39,392 nucleotides of DNA. Origin: Candidatus Krumholzibacteriaceae bacterium (GTDB lineage: Archaea > Thermoproteota > Bathyarchaeia > TCS64). Below are positions 25,760-32,985 of this stretch, one piece after another. The notes below the pieces were generated by a model, which was not told where the DNA came from, made no database searches, and saw only the letters and a program-made list of their open reading frames with translations. How positions within the stretch are numbered: position 1 is the first letter of the stretch; each line of letters starts with the position of its first letter. The position numbers and the translations under genes were made by a program. The stretch spans positions 1 through 39,392 of the forward strand of contig DATKWN010000016.1 in assembly GCA_035529515.1 (NCBI GenBank). Reading direction: 5' to 3'.

Positions 25760-26122
25760 TCAGGATGTCTCAGACTTGGCCTTGAGTGGGCAGTTGGCGC
25801 CGCCTTCGCAGAACTTTTCCGCGTGGAGCTCGACCGCCTTCACTATGGGGTCCAGTGTCTCATGGTTTAGACTGTAGATCCTTTGTTTACCTTCTCTTTT
25901 TACCTTAACGAATTTGCATCGCACCAGTGGCCGTAGGTTGTGGCTCACCATGCTCTGCTCCTGGTCTAGGGCGTCCACGAGCTCCGTTACACTCATGGGT
26001 CCCTCGTCGAGCTTCTCGATTATGGCTAGCCGCGTCGGGTTGGCTAAGGTGGAAAAGAAGCCGTAGCAGAGGTTTGTGAGTCCCTTCTTCACATCAGACA
26101 CCTCATCTGAGAAAATTTTCAT
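25760..26122 (-). CDS. ArsR-family transcriptional regulator, Cys-rich paralogue 1
   Basis: 120 aa with CYGFFSTLANPTRLAIIEKL...SMVSHNLRPL (wHTH). It ends in a C-terminal FCEGGANCP motif and lies 16 nt upstream of hcp. Confidence 0.8.
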   Translation of the reverse strand: MKIFSDEVSDVKKGLTNLCYGFFSTLANPTRLAIIEKLDEGPMSVTELVDALDQEQSMVSHNLRPLVRCKFVKVKREGKQRIYSLNHETLDPIVKAVELHAEKFCEGGANCPLKAKSETS

Positions 26123-26185
26123 ATGATTAATGTTTCATTGGAATATAAGTGTTGCGGATAAGACCAATAAAAAAGGTGTTTCCTC

Positions 26186-26503
26186 CTAAGTTCTAAACGG
26201 GCAGTTACCGGCGGCCTTACAGCATTTCTCCTCGTGGTTCTCAACGATACCGAGGATCGAATTTACGGTATCCTCGTTCAGCGAGACGTACTTCTCCTTG
26301 CCCCTCCGCTCGGAGAACACGAGGCTACACTGCTCAAGTAGCTTCAAGTTGTGACTCACCATACTCTGCTCCTGCCCAAGCTCCGAGGCGAGCCCTGTGA
26401 CATTCATCTCCCCCTCAGAAAGCTTCTCAAGGATCGCCAGTCTAGTCGGGTTCGCCAGAGTAGAGAAGAACCCGTAACAGATATCACTCAAACCTCTTTT
26501 CAT
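26186..26503 (-). CDS. ArsR-family transcriptional regulator, Cys-rich paralogue 2
   Basis: 105 aa, roughly 50% identical by eye to 25760..26122 (CYGFFSTLANPTRLAILEKL...SMVSHNLKLL), with a C-terminal CCKAAGNCP motif. Confidence 0.8.
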   Translation of the reverse strand: MKRGLSDICYGFFSTLANPTRLAILEKLSEGEMNVTGLASELGQEQSMVSHNLKLLEQCSLVFSERRGKEKYVSLNEDTVNSILGIVENHEEKCCKAAGNCPFRT

Positions 26504-26597
26504 ATATATTCCCCTTACACGCGGGTCGAATCGATGTATTACATTTCATAAATATAAAAGGAAAATGGTGTTAAAATTAAATGACACTATAAGAAAA

Positions 26598-27899
26598 CTA
26601 GATGTGTAGCTTGTTCAGGCTGCCGTCGATGACCTTCAGGCCGTTCATGTAGGTCTGCAGAGCCTCCGGCACCTTCACGGTCCCGTCCTCCTGCTGGTAC
26701 TGCTCTACGATGGCGATCATTGTCCGGCTCGTCGCCATGGCGGTGTTGTTCAGGGTGTGGACGAAGCCCTCGGGGGGCGCCCCCTCCTTGAGGCGGTACT
26801 TGACGTTGAGGCGGCGCGCCTGGTAGTCGGTGCAGTTGCTGTTGGAGCCGATCTCGCGGAACTCGCCGTCCGCCATCCATACCTCGGCGTCGTACTTCTT
26901 CGCCGCTATGATCCCAATGTCGCCGGTGCAGACGTTGACGACCCTGTAGTGGAGGCCCAGCCCCCGGTAGAGCTCCTCGCAGTTCCTCTGCAGCTCCTCG
27001 TGGAGCCCCCAGCTCTGCTCGGGCAGCGAGAAGATGAACTGCTCTACCTTGTGGAACTGGTGCACCCTGAAGAGGCCCCTGGTGTACTTGCCGTGGGCCC
27101 CCACCTCCCTCCTGAAGCAGGGGCTTACCCCGCACAGCCTTACGGGCAGGTCCCCCGCCAGCAGCGTCTCGTCCTGTAGCATGGCCGCCATGGCGTGCTC
27201 GCTGGTGGCTATCAGGTACAGGTCCTCGTCCTCCACCTTGTACATGACGGATTCGAAGTCGGCGAGGTCCGTGACCCCCTCGTAGGCGGCGCGCTTGATC
27301 ATGTACGGGGGCACTATGAGGCTGTACCCCTTCTTGATTAGGTGGTTGATCGCGTACCGCTGGATCGCCTGGTCCAGGAGCGCCAGCTCGTTCCTGAGGT
27401 AGTAGAAGCCTGACCCGGCCGCCTTGGCGCCCCTCTCGAAGTCGCCGATTCCCAGCGTGGTGACTATCTCTGCGTGGCTCTTGGGTTCGAAACCGAACTC
27501 CGGCTTCTCGCCCCACCTCTTGACCTCGACGTTGTCGTGCTCGTCCTCGCCGTAGGGCACAGACTCGTGGAGCGTGTTGGGCAGCCGCATCAGTCCGTCG
27601 CGGAGCCGCTCCTGGCTCTCGCTCATCTGAGACTCTAGCCCGCGTAGACGGGAGGGTATCTCCGACGCCTCCTTCCTGAGGCTGGAGGCGTCGCCGCCCC
27701 CCTTCATCACCTTACCGATCTCGCTGGATATCTGGTTCCTCCTCCTGCGTAGATCGTTGACCCTCTGCGTGAGCTCCCGCCACTTCCTGTCCGTCTCTAT
27801 GACGTGGTCTAGGAGCTCAAGCTTCTCGGGGTCGTGTCTCCTGGCTAGGTTTTCCCGCACTTTCTCGGGCTGTTCTCTGATGAGCTTTATATCCTGCAT
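26598..27899 (-). CDS. serS: Seryl-tRNA synthetase
   Basis: An N-terminal coiled coil and class II core motifs are present (...FRREVGAHGKYTRGLFRVHQFHKVE...). ATG 27899 (MQDIKLIREQP) is preferred over the listed TTG 27914. Confidence 0.93.
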   Translation of the reverse strand: MQDIKLIREQPEKVRENLARRHDPEKLELLDHVIETDRKWRELTQRVNDLRRRRNQISSEIGKVMKGGGDASSLRKEASEIPSRLRGLESQMSESQERLRDGLMRLPNTLHESVPYGEDEHDNVEVKRWGEKPEFGFEPKSHAEIVTTLGIGDFERGAKAAGSGFYYLRNELALLDQAIQRYAINHLIKKGYSLIVPPYMIKRAAYEGVTDLADFESVMYKVEDEDLYLIATSEHAMAAMLQDETLLAGDLPVRLCGVSPCFRREVGAHGKYTRGLFRVHQFHKVEQFIFSLPEQSWGLHEELQRNCEELYRGLGLHYRVVNVCTGDIGIIAAKKYDAEVWMADGEFREIGSNSNCTDYQARRLNVKYRLKEGAPPEGFVHTLNNTAMATSRTMIAIVEQYQQEDGTVKVPEALQTYMNGLKVIDGSLNKLHI

Positions 27900-27963
27900 C
27901 CGTAGCCCACGCAACCAAGGTGTACACGTTTCCCTCTTTTAGAAGTTATGTGTTAGGCAGTGC

Positions 27964-28272
27964 CTACGATGGGATGGCTACGATGGTGGTCCTAGTGTTC
28001 GTGTAGGGCAGCTCGGTCCCTATCTCGTAGTTCATGTAGTTCTCCAGGCCCTTCTCAGACTCGTAGACGACGACCAGGTCATCGTCGACGCCGTAGGGGA
28101 AACCCCACATGTGGAGGGTCAGGTCGAACCTCTCCACCTTCTCTGCGAGCCTCCCCATCTCCTCGGCGAGCTCCTCACCGCTTATCCTGAACAGGTCTGG
28201 CTTCGCCTTGCCATAGGCTATGAATCCGTGCCTCAATTCGTTCCTCTCCGACGGAGCCGGTGGCCCCATCAT
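27964..28272 (-). CDS. Hypothetical protein
   Basis: 102 aa with genome-typical codon bias. No motif was recognised. Confidence 0.4.
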   Translation of the reverse strand: MMGPPAPSERNELRHGFIAYGKAKPDLFRISGEELAEEMGRLAEKVERFDLTLHMWGFPYGVDDDLVVVYESEKGLENYMNYEIGTELPYTNTRTTIVAIPS

Positions 28273-28405
28273 GGTTTCTTTACCATCATCTTTATTTAAT
28301 CATAATTCCGCGGCGCGGTTCATCCACTTTCACCCTACCCCGTCTCCCAAGGCGGTGCGTTCCATTTAAAACCCCGTACACGCGGTTGGAACTTAGTGAC
28401 AAGCT

Positions 28406-28591
28406 GTGTCGACATATGAGGTAGGTGCCTTCGAGGCTCTGGAGTGGGCGTGGAACCTCCTCCGCGCCCAGAGGGTTGCGGGTGACGTCGAGGATGCCAC
28501 GAGCCTCATACAGGAGATGCTCTTCACCTTGGGCAGCGGCAGCCCCGTGGACTTCCAGGAGAAGACGAGCCTGCTGAAGGGACACCGGTAG
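28406..28591 (+). CDS. Hypothetical small helical protein
   Basis: 61 aa with a GTG start and high GC3. A TATA-like TTTAAAACCCCGT (28365-28377) lies about 30 nt upstream. Confidence 0.3.
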   Translation: MSTYEVGAFEALEWAWNLLRAQRVAGDVEDATSLIQEMLFTLGSGSPVDFQEKTSLLKGHR

Positions 28592-28644
28592 GGTTAACGA
28601 CTTAAGCCGCCCCATCTATTCTCTTTGAACCGATTTGATTGAAG

Positions 28645-29361
28645 ATGGCGGCCCATCGATGGCCGGGGGGAGGCTCTGAGTTGCAGGTCAGGCGGCTGAG
28701 CCTCGTGGAGGGCTCCAGGCGGGCTGTGGGGCTCACGGTAGTCATAGACGTGTTCAGGGCCTTCACGACGGCGGCTTACGTCATGGGGAACGGGGCGGAG
28801 CGCATCCACCCCGTGGGGAGCCTTGACGAGGCCTTCAGACTCAGGGAGCTCCACCCGGACTGGTTGCTCATGGGCGAGCGCGGAGGCAGGAAGGTGCCTA
28901 GCTTCGACTACGGGAACAGCCCCTACGAGGTGAGAGGCGTCGACTTCACTGGGCGCACGGTGGTCCAGACGACGAGCGCCGGCACCCAGGGCATCGTCAA
29001 CGCCGGCGGGGCGGACGAGATACTGCTGGGCAGCTTCGTGATGGCGGACGCCATCGTCGAGTATATTAAAAGTAAGAACCCCGAGACCGTCAGCCTCGTC
29101 GCGATGGGCTGGGGCGGGCGGGTGAAGAGCCCCGAGGACGAGTCCCTCGCCGAGTACATAGAGAAGAGGCTCAACGGCCTCGAACCCGACTTCGCCTCCA
29201 TGAAGCAGAGGATCAGGGAGCACCCGCAGGGCGCCAAGTTCTTCGACCCCGAGCAACCCGAGTTCGTGGAGGGCGACTTCCACTGCGCCATGGACCTCAA
29301 CAGGTTTGGCTTCTGCCTCAGGGTCGTGCCCGGGGACCCGCCCAGCGTGGAGAAAGCTTGA
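28645..29361 (+). CDS. comB: 2-phosphosulfolactate phosphatase (ComB) family protein
   Basis: VVIDVFRAFTTAAYV...GERGGRKVPSFDYGNSPYE...TTSAGTQG are typical ComB-family motifs. ATG 28645 follows the listed TTG 28639. The listed 28594..29283(-) ORF is a shadow frame. Confidence 0.78.
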   Translation: MAAHRWPGGGSELQVRRLSLVEGSRRAVGLTVVIDVFRAFTTAAYVMGNGAERIHPVGSLDEAFRLRELHPDWLLMGERGGRKVPSFDYGNSPYEVRGVDFTGRTVVQTTSAGTQGIVNAGGADEILLGSFVMADAIVEYIKSKNPETVSLVAMGWGGRVKSPEDESLAEYIEKRLNGLEPDFASMKQRIREHPQGAKFFDPEQPEFVEGDFHCAMDLNRFGFCLRVVPGDPPSVEKA

Positions 29362-29406
29362 ACCGGCAGGTTCTTTTCCCGGTTTTCTCTCTGTTCAATA
29401 CATGAT

Positions 29407-29832
29407 ATGAAGGTCTCAGAGATCATGGTCCGGGACCCGGTGATGGTGGACCCGGACGCCCCATGTAGACAGCTGTCAAGGCTGATGCGAAACAAGGGCA
29501 TCGGCTCCGTGGTTGTTGTGAAGGACGGTTTCCCTGTCGGCGTCGTGACCGAGCGCGACCTCGTTCACACGGTCTTGGCGGAGGGCAGAGACCCCGACAA
29601 ATGCGACGCCGATCAGGTCTGCACCAAGCCCGTGGTGGCCATCAGCATATACGCCGACGTCGACATGGCCGTTGACATGATGAACGAGTACGGTATCCGC
29701 CGGCTGGTGGTCGTGGACCAGAAAGACAAGGTGGTCGGAATACTCACCACAGACGACATCGCCAAGAACCTGAGAAACATGACTGAAGAGCTGGCAGTTA
29801 AATACATAATATTATCACGTAGAAAAAGATAG
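29407..29832 (+). CDS. CBS domain pair protein
   Basis: 141 aa with two CBS repeats (VSEIMVRDPVMVDPD...GVVTERDLV; ...RRLVVVDQKDKVVGILTTDDI). Confidence 0.85.
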   Translation: MKVSEIMVRDPVMVDPDAPCRQLSRLMRNKGIGSVVVVKDGFPVGVVTERDLVHTVLAEGRDPDKCDADQVCTKPVVAISIYADVDMAVDMMNEYGIRRLVVVDQKDKVVGILTTDDIAKNLRNMTEELAVKYIILSRRKR

Positions 29833-30233
29833 CATCTAGTTTTACGACACTCAAGCGACTCTCAGGCGCTCTCACCGACAGTATTTTTACATTTAAATCA
29901 AAAAAACATTAGATAGCTTCAGAGAAATAAGGCACTTTTCATTGATTTTTAAGGAAAAATGGAGGTAAATATTGAATGCGTCGGAAATTATATTCTAAAT
30001 AGTGTGTAAAATGGGTTTAATGTCGTCATTGAAACACTGGAATTTATACAAATAATACAAATTTGCTAACTTTTACCTTAAAACCACTTATACCATGAAT
30101 TCAAGATTTTTTTTTAAAAACACGGGATTTCTTTTTAAAAAATATTAAAATACATTAAAATATTTAGACTCGTGATAAATTGGCGTTGTTCGGCTCAAAA
30201 AAGACTTCTACTAAAAGGCGTAGATAGTAGTCC
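29833..30233. other. About 400-bp AT-rich non-coding tract (about 24% G+C counted over 29881-30180)
   Basis: No ORF longer than 15 codons occurs on either strand. It contains T9A5 (30106-30120) and T5A6 (30133-30143) tracts, the ATTAAAATA direct repeat, and a tandem GCG(A)CTCTCA repeat on the left flank (29864-29884). Confidence 0.8.
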
Positions 30234-30443
30234 ATGTCTGAAACGCTGTCCTTCGAAGCTCCAGAAAAATTGGTAAAAGCCGCGAAATTGATCTGTGAGC
30301 TTTACACATATCCGATCGAATCTTTTCTGGTTGACGCCCTGAGAAGTGAGATAGATCGTAACGCACACGACGTCTTCGATGAACTCAGTTACGCCGGCCG
30401 TAAGGATTTCTCGAAACAGGTCTTAGCGATTATAGACGACTAG
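30234..30443 (+). CDS. Hypothetical 69-aa acidic protein in the low-GC island
   Basis: MSETLSFEAPEKLVKAAKLICELYTYPIESFLVDALRSEIDRNAHDVFDELSYAGRKDF... at roughly 45% GC. It is followed by a hairpin plus T-run. Confidence 0.3.
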   Translation: MSETLSFEAPEKLVKAAKLICELYTYPIESFLVDALRSEIDRNAHDVFDELSYAGRKDFSKQVLAIIDD

Positions 30444-30460
30444 TCAGGAAAGTATTCGAT

Positions 30461-30493
30461 GTGGAAGACTAAAATCCACCCTTTTTTGGTGGA
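30461..30493 (+). terminator. Hairpin plus T6 run after the small ORF; an alternative hairpin is possible
   Basis: GTGGA (30461-65) pairs with TCCAC (30475-79) and is followed by CCTTTTTT (T-run 30482-87). Alternatively TCCACC (30475-80) pairs with GGTGGA (30488-93). Confidence 0.35.
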
Positions 30494-30661
30494 AATCGAG
30501 GATAACCGACCTGTTACTACTTCTTATATACGCAAAGTTTCTATGTCTCTTTTCAAGTTAATATGGTGTGCTTGACTAGTAACAAGTACTTTTTAGGGAG
30601 TATTCAGGTAAAATCCTATATTGGACCACATATAATAGATAGTGTTCTTGGGTGAACAAAC

Positions 30662-30979
30662 ATGGTAGAGTTCTGTGACCGCTGCGGCAGCTTCATGAAA
30701 GCCGGCGTCAAGGGCTACGAGTGCCCTAGATGCGGGTGGACGAAGTCGGTCCAGGTCATAGAGATCAAGGCTGGCCCCGCCGGCGAGGCCGAGCCGGTGT
30801 ACGTGATGAGCGGGATCGAGAGCGCCATAGTCGTCCAGCGGATGTGCCCCGAGTGCGGCAACCTTGAGGCCTACCGCAACATCACGGTCGCCCTAGGGGA
30901 GCACGCCGGCGTGAGCAACGACCGGAGTGTAGAGAAGTTCAGGTGCACCAAGTGCGGGCACACCTGGGTGGTCGGGTAG
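30662..30979 (+). CDS. Transcription factor S / RpoM-like double zinc-ribbon protein, divergent paralogue
   Basis: 105 aa with an N-terminal ribbon CDRCGSFM...YECPRCGW and a C-terminal TFIIS-type ribbon CPECGNLEAY...FRCTKCGHTW. The inter-Cys hairpin reads ...GEHAGVSNDRSVEKF instead of the canonical ...QTRSADEP.... Confidence 0.7.
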   Translation: MVEFCDRCGSFMKAGVKGYECPRCGWTKSVQVIEIKAGPAGEAEPVYVMSGIESAIVVQRMCPECGNLEAYRNITVALGEHAGVSNDRSVEKFRCTKCGHTWVVG

Positions 30980-31414
30980 CTACCTCCTGTTGATCTTCAC
31001 GTTTATCGGTATGCCCTGCTCGATGCTCTTGCTGACGATGCAGAAGTCCTCGAAGAGGCCGTGGCAGCGCTCATACCGTGAGTCGTACTCTTCGCCTACC
31101 TCTGGGCTGATCTCGACGTTGATCTCGGCTATGCGCCACCTGCCCTTGTCGTTGCGCCTCATGACGCCGTCCACCTTTGTCTCGACGTCTCCCACCTCGG
31201 CCCTGGCCTTCTGGAGGCAGAACAAGAGGCTCGCCGTCAGACAGTTGCCCATGGCCGCGGCCAGCACCTTGCCGGCGTTGGGGCCGCTGTTCCCTCCCAC
31301 GGGCTCGGGCTCGTCCATGTACAGCGGCCCGACGCCCTCCAGGCCGAAGTCCACCTCGAACCTGAATCCTTCCTGCCTCCTCATGGAGACCCTGAAGTTA
31401 CGTTCCTCGCTCAA
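30980..31414 (-). CDS. OsmC/Ohr family protein
   Basis: 144 aa with OsmC-like Cys positions (AAAMGNCLTASLLFCL; ...YERCHGLFEDFCIV). Confidence 0.8.
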   Translation of the reverse strand: MSEERNFRVSMRRQEGFRFEVDFGLEGVGPLYMDEPEPVGGNSGPNAGKVLAAAMGNCLTASLLFCLQKARAEVGDVETKVDGVMRRNDKGRWRIAEINVEISPEVGEEYDSRYERCHGLFEDFCIVSKSIEQGIPINVKINRR

Positions 31415-31566
31415 TTAAATCCCGATAGCATGTGAAACGCGGAATATAAGGCTAAGAGTCGTCCCACTCCACAGGGACTCCTGCTGAGCAACATGAATAT
31501 AATTGGGTTCCCGGTTACCGCGTCCACGAGGGAAACCATAAAGCCCAGCGGGCCCGGTTTAAAGCC

Positions 31567-32043
31567 ATGTCAACCATGCGCCGCAAGGACAAGGAGATGA
31601 AGGAGAAGGCGGTACTGGAGGAGATACTCAGGGAGAACCATGTGGGCAGGCTGGGCACCGCCGTCGACGGCCACCCCTACGTCGTCCCCATGAACTTCGT
31701 CTACACCAACGACAGGATAATCCTCCACACCCACAGAGACGGCAAGAAGGTCAAGGACATCCAGCGGAACCCCCAGGTCTGCTTCGAGGTCGATGGCGGC
31801 GAGATCGTCGAAGGCGACGACCCCTGCAACTACAATTGGAATTACCGGAGCGTCATCGCCAACGGCACCGCCAAGCTCATCGAGGACCCCGAGATGAAGC
31901 TAAAGGCGCTGCGCCTCCTGAGCGACAAATACGCCTTCGGCAAAGGCAGAAGGCTGGACTTAGAAAAGATAAACAAATTCAAGGACCTACTGGTCATAGA
32001 GATAAAAGTCGACGAGATGACGGGGAAGAAGAACTCCGCCTAG
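31567..32043 (+). CDS. Pyridoxamine 5'-phosphate oxidase family (NimA-like) FMN-binding protein
   Basis: MRRKDKEM...ILRENHVGRLGTAVDGHPYVVPMNFVY... is typical of the split-barrel PNPOx family. The true start may be ATG 31576. Confidence 0.78.
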   Translation: MSTMRRKDKEMKEKAVLEEILRENHVGRLGTAVDGHPYVVPMNFVYTNDRIILHTHRDGKKVKDIQRNPQVCFEVDGGEIVEGDDPCNYNWNYRSVIANGTAKLIEDPEMKLKALRLLSDKYAFGKGRRLDLEKINKFKDLLVIEIKVDEMTGKKNSA

Positions 32044-32069
32044 AACCAGCTCGAACCTACCCACCCCCC

Positions 32070-32090
32070 AAAACGCTTATTCCATGTGAC
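32070..32090. repeat. Left boundary copy of direct repeat AAAACGCTTATTCCAYGTRAC
   Basis: AAAACGCTTATTCCATGTGAC matches 33537-33557 at 19/21 positions. Flanking similarity (TACCCA upstream, ACAAGGA downstream) extends the match to about 40 nt. Confidence 0.75.
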
Positions 32091-32214
32091 AAGGATATTG
32101 AATTTCTCAACATAACTATAGTTAATGGAAAGATAAATTCTCTTCTATAAGCGAGGATCGGTTCTGAACCTACAATAGGTGAAGACGTCTCCCGAATATT
32201 CCTTTTTACCCATT

Positions 32215-32260
32215 ATTTTATCCCACACACACTTGGCTCGCTTTACTCGCTGCCGCGAGT
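32215..32260. repeat. Module ATTTTATCCC-ACACACACTTGGCT plus GC hairpin (copy 1)
   Basis: ATTTTATCCCACACACACTTGGCT spans 32215-32238, and the ACTCGC-TGCC-GCGAGT hairpin spans 32245-32260. Copy 2 lies at 32833-32864. Confidence 0.65.
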
Positions 32261-32323
32261 CATTTCCATTCCCAATATTTTATTTGATCTTTTTTTCCAT
32301 ATATCAATTTCTTCTGCATATGA

Positions 32324-32764
32324 TTATCCAAGAAGATCGTATGGAAACGAGATTTCTGTTTCTTCAATATATTTTCCAACGATATCTGGTTTAAACTCTG
32401 AGCCCTTGCGATCGTACATAACTAAAGTCTCTGCTGAGGCTTTTTTTGAGATTAAATCAAGAACATATTTCATTGCAAGACCATCTCTGAGATAATCGTC
32501 TACTATCAACAGTCTTCCCATCAAGGACTTTATTTGGTTGCGCATAGTGGGAGAAATATCCACAATACTCTTTTTTCCCCTTAGGTTAACATGCCTCAAA
32601 AATATTGGATAGAACGTTGGTATTCCTAGCTTTGATGCCAAGTAAGCTCCAATAATGGAGCCCCCTCGACCTATAGCAATTATATCATCAAATTGTTTAA
32701 ATTTTATATCTTCATTCACTTTTTTCAAGATTTCACTGTATTCATTCCAGCTTACCATCTTCAA
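32324..32764 (-). CDS. Small type I phosphoribosyltransferase-fold protein with degenerate PRPP loop
   Basis: 146 aa with DDIIAIGRGGSIIGAYLASKLGIP and LLIVDDYLRDGLAM, where the canonical sequence is VDDxxDTGxT. GC is roughly 35-40%. Confidence 0.6.
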   Translation of the reverse strand: MKMVSWNEYSEILKKVNEDIKFKQFDDIIAIGRGGSIIGAYLASKLGIPTFYPIFLRHVNLRGKKSIVDISPTMRNQIKSLMGRLLIVDDYLRDGLAMKYVLDLISKKASAETLVMYDRKGSEFKPDIVGKYIEETEISFPYDLLG

Positions 32765-32832
32765 ATGCGTTCACGTCAAGTTAAATATCTTTGTAATAAA
32801 TAAACCGTTGGGCGAGTATTGCGGGGGGCATA

Positions 32833-32864
32833 ATTTTATCCCCAAACCCACACACACTTTGGCT
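32833..32864. repeat. Module ATTTTATCCC..ACACACACTTTGGCT (copy 2)
   Basis: ATTTTATCCCCAAACCCACACACACTTTGGCT is followed by the GGATACC-TTGG-GGATACC direct repeat and a CCGCG...CGCGG hairpin (about 32925-32950). Confidence 0.65.
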
Positions 32865-32985
32865 TAGATGTGGATACCTTGGGGATACCCATAGTTTCTT
32901 CAGATGCATGCAGTATAGTGCTAAGAACCGCGTCTTCGGTTCGCGCGGCTTGTTTGTGTTATCATACTTTTTGTGAAAAGCGCTT

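Noticed and set aside
26587-27516. 309-aa minus-strand ORF overlapping serS in another frame
   Set aside because: It is Arg/Gly/Pro-rich with no motifs. The serS frame is unambiguous.
28594-29283. 229-aa minus-strand ORF antisense to the ComB-like gene
   Set aside because: Its composition is that of a shadow frame. The plus frame has ComB-family motifs.
30030-30497. ORB/mini-ORB-like words (TTCCAGTG on the minus strand near 30035-30042; GGTGGAAAT at 30488-30496) as proof of a replication origin
   Set aside because: Each shares only 7-8 nt with the ORB core, and neither has the full dyad plus G-string. No orc1/cdc6 gene is nearby. This is kept only as a low-confidence hypothesis within the AT-rich tract finding and is not annotated as an origin.
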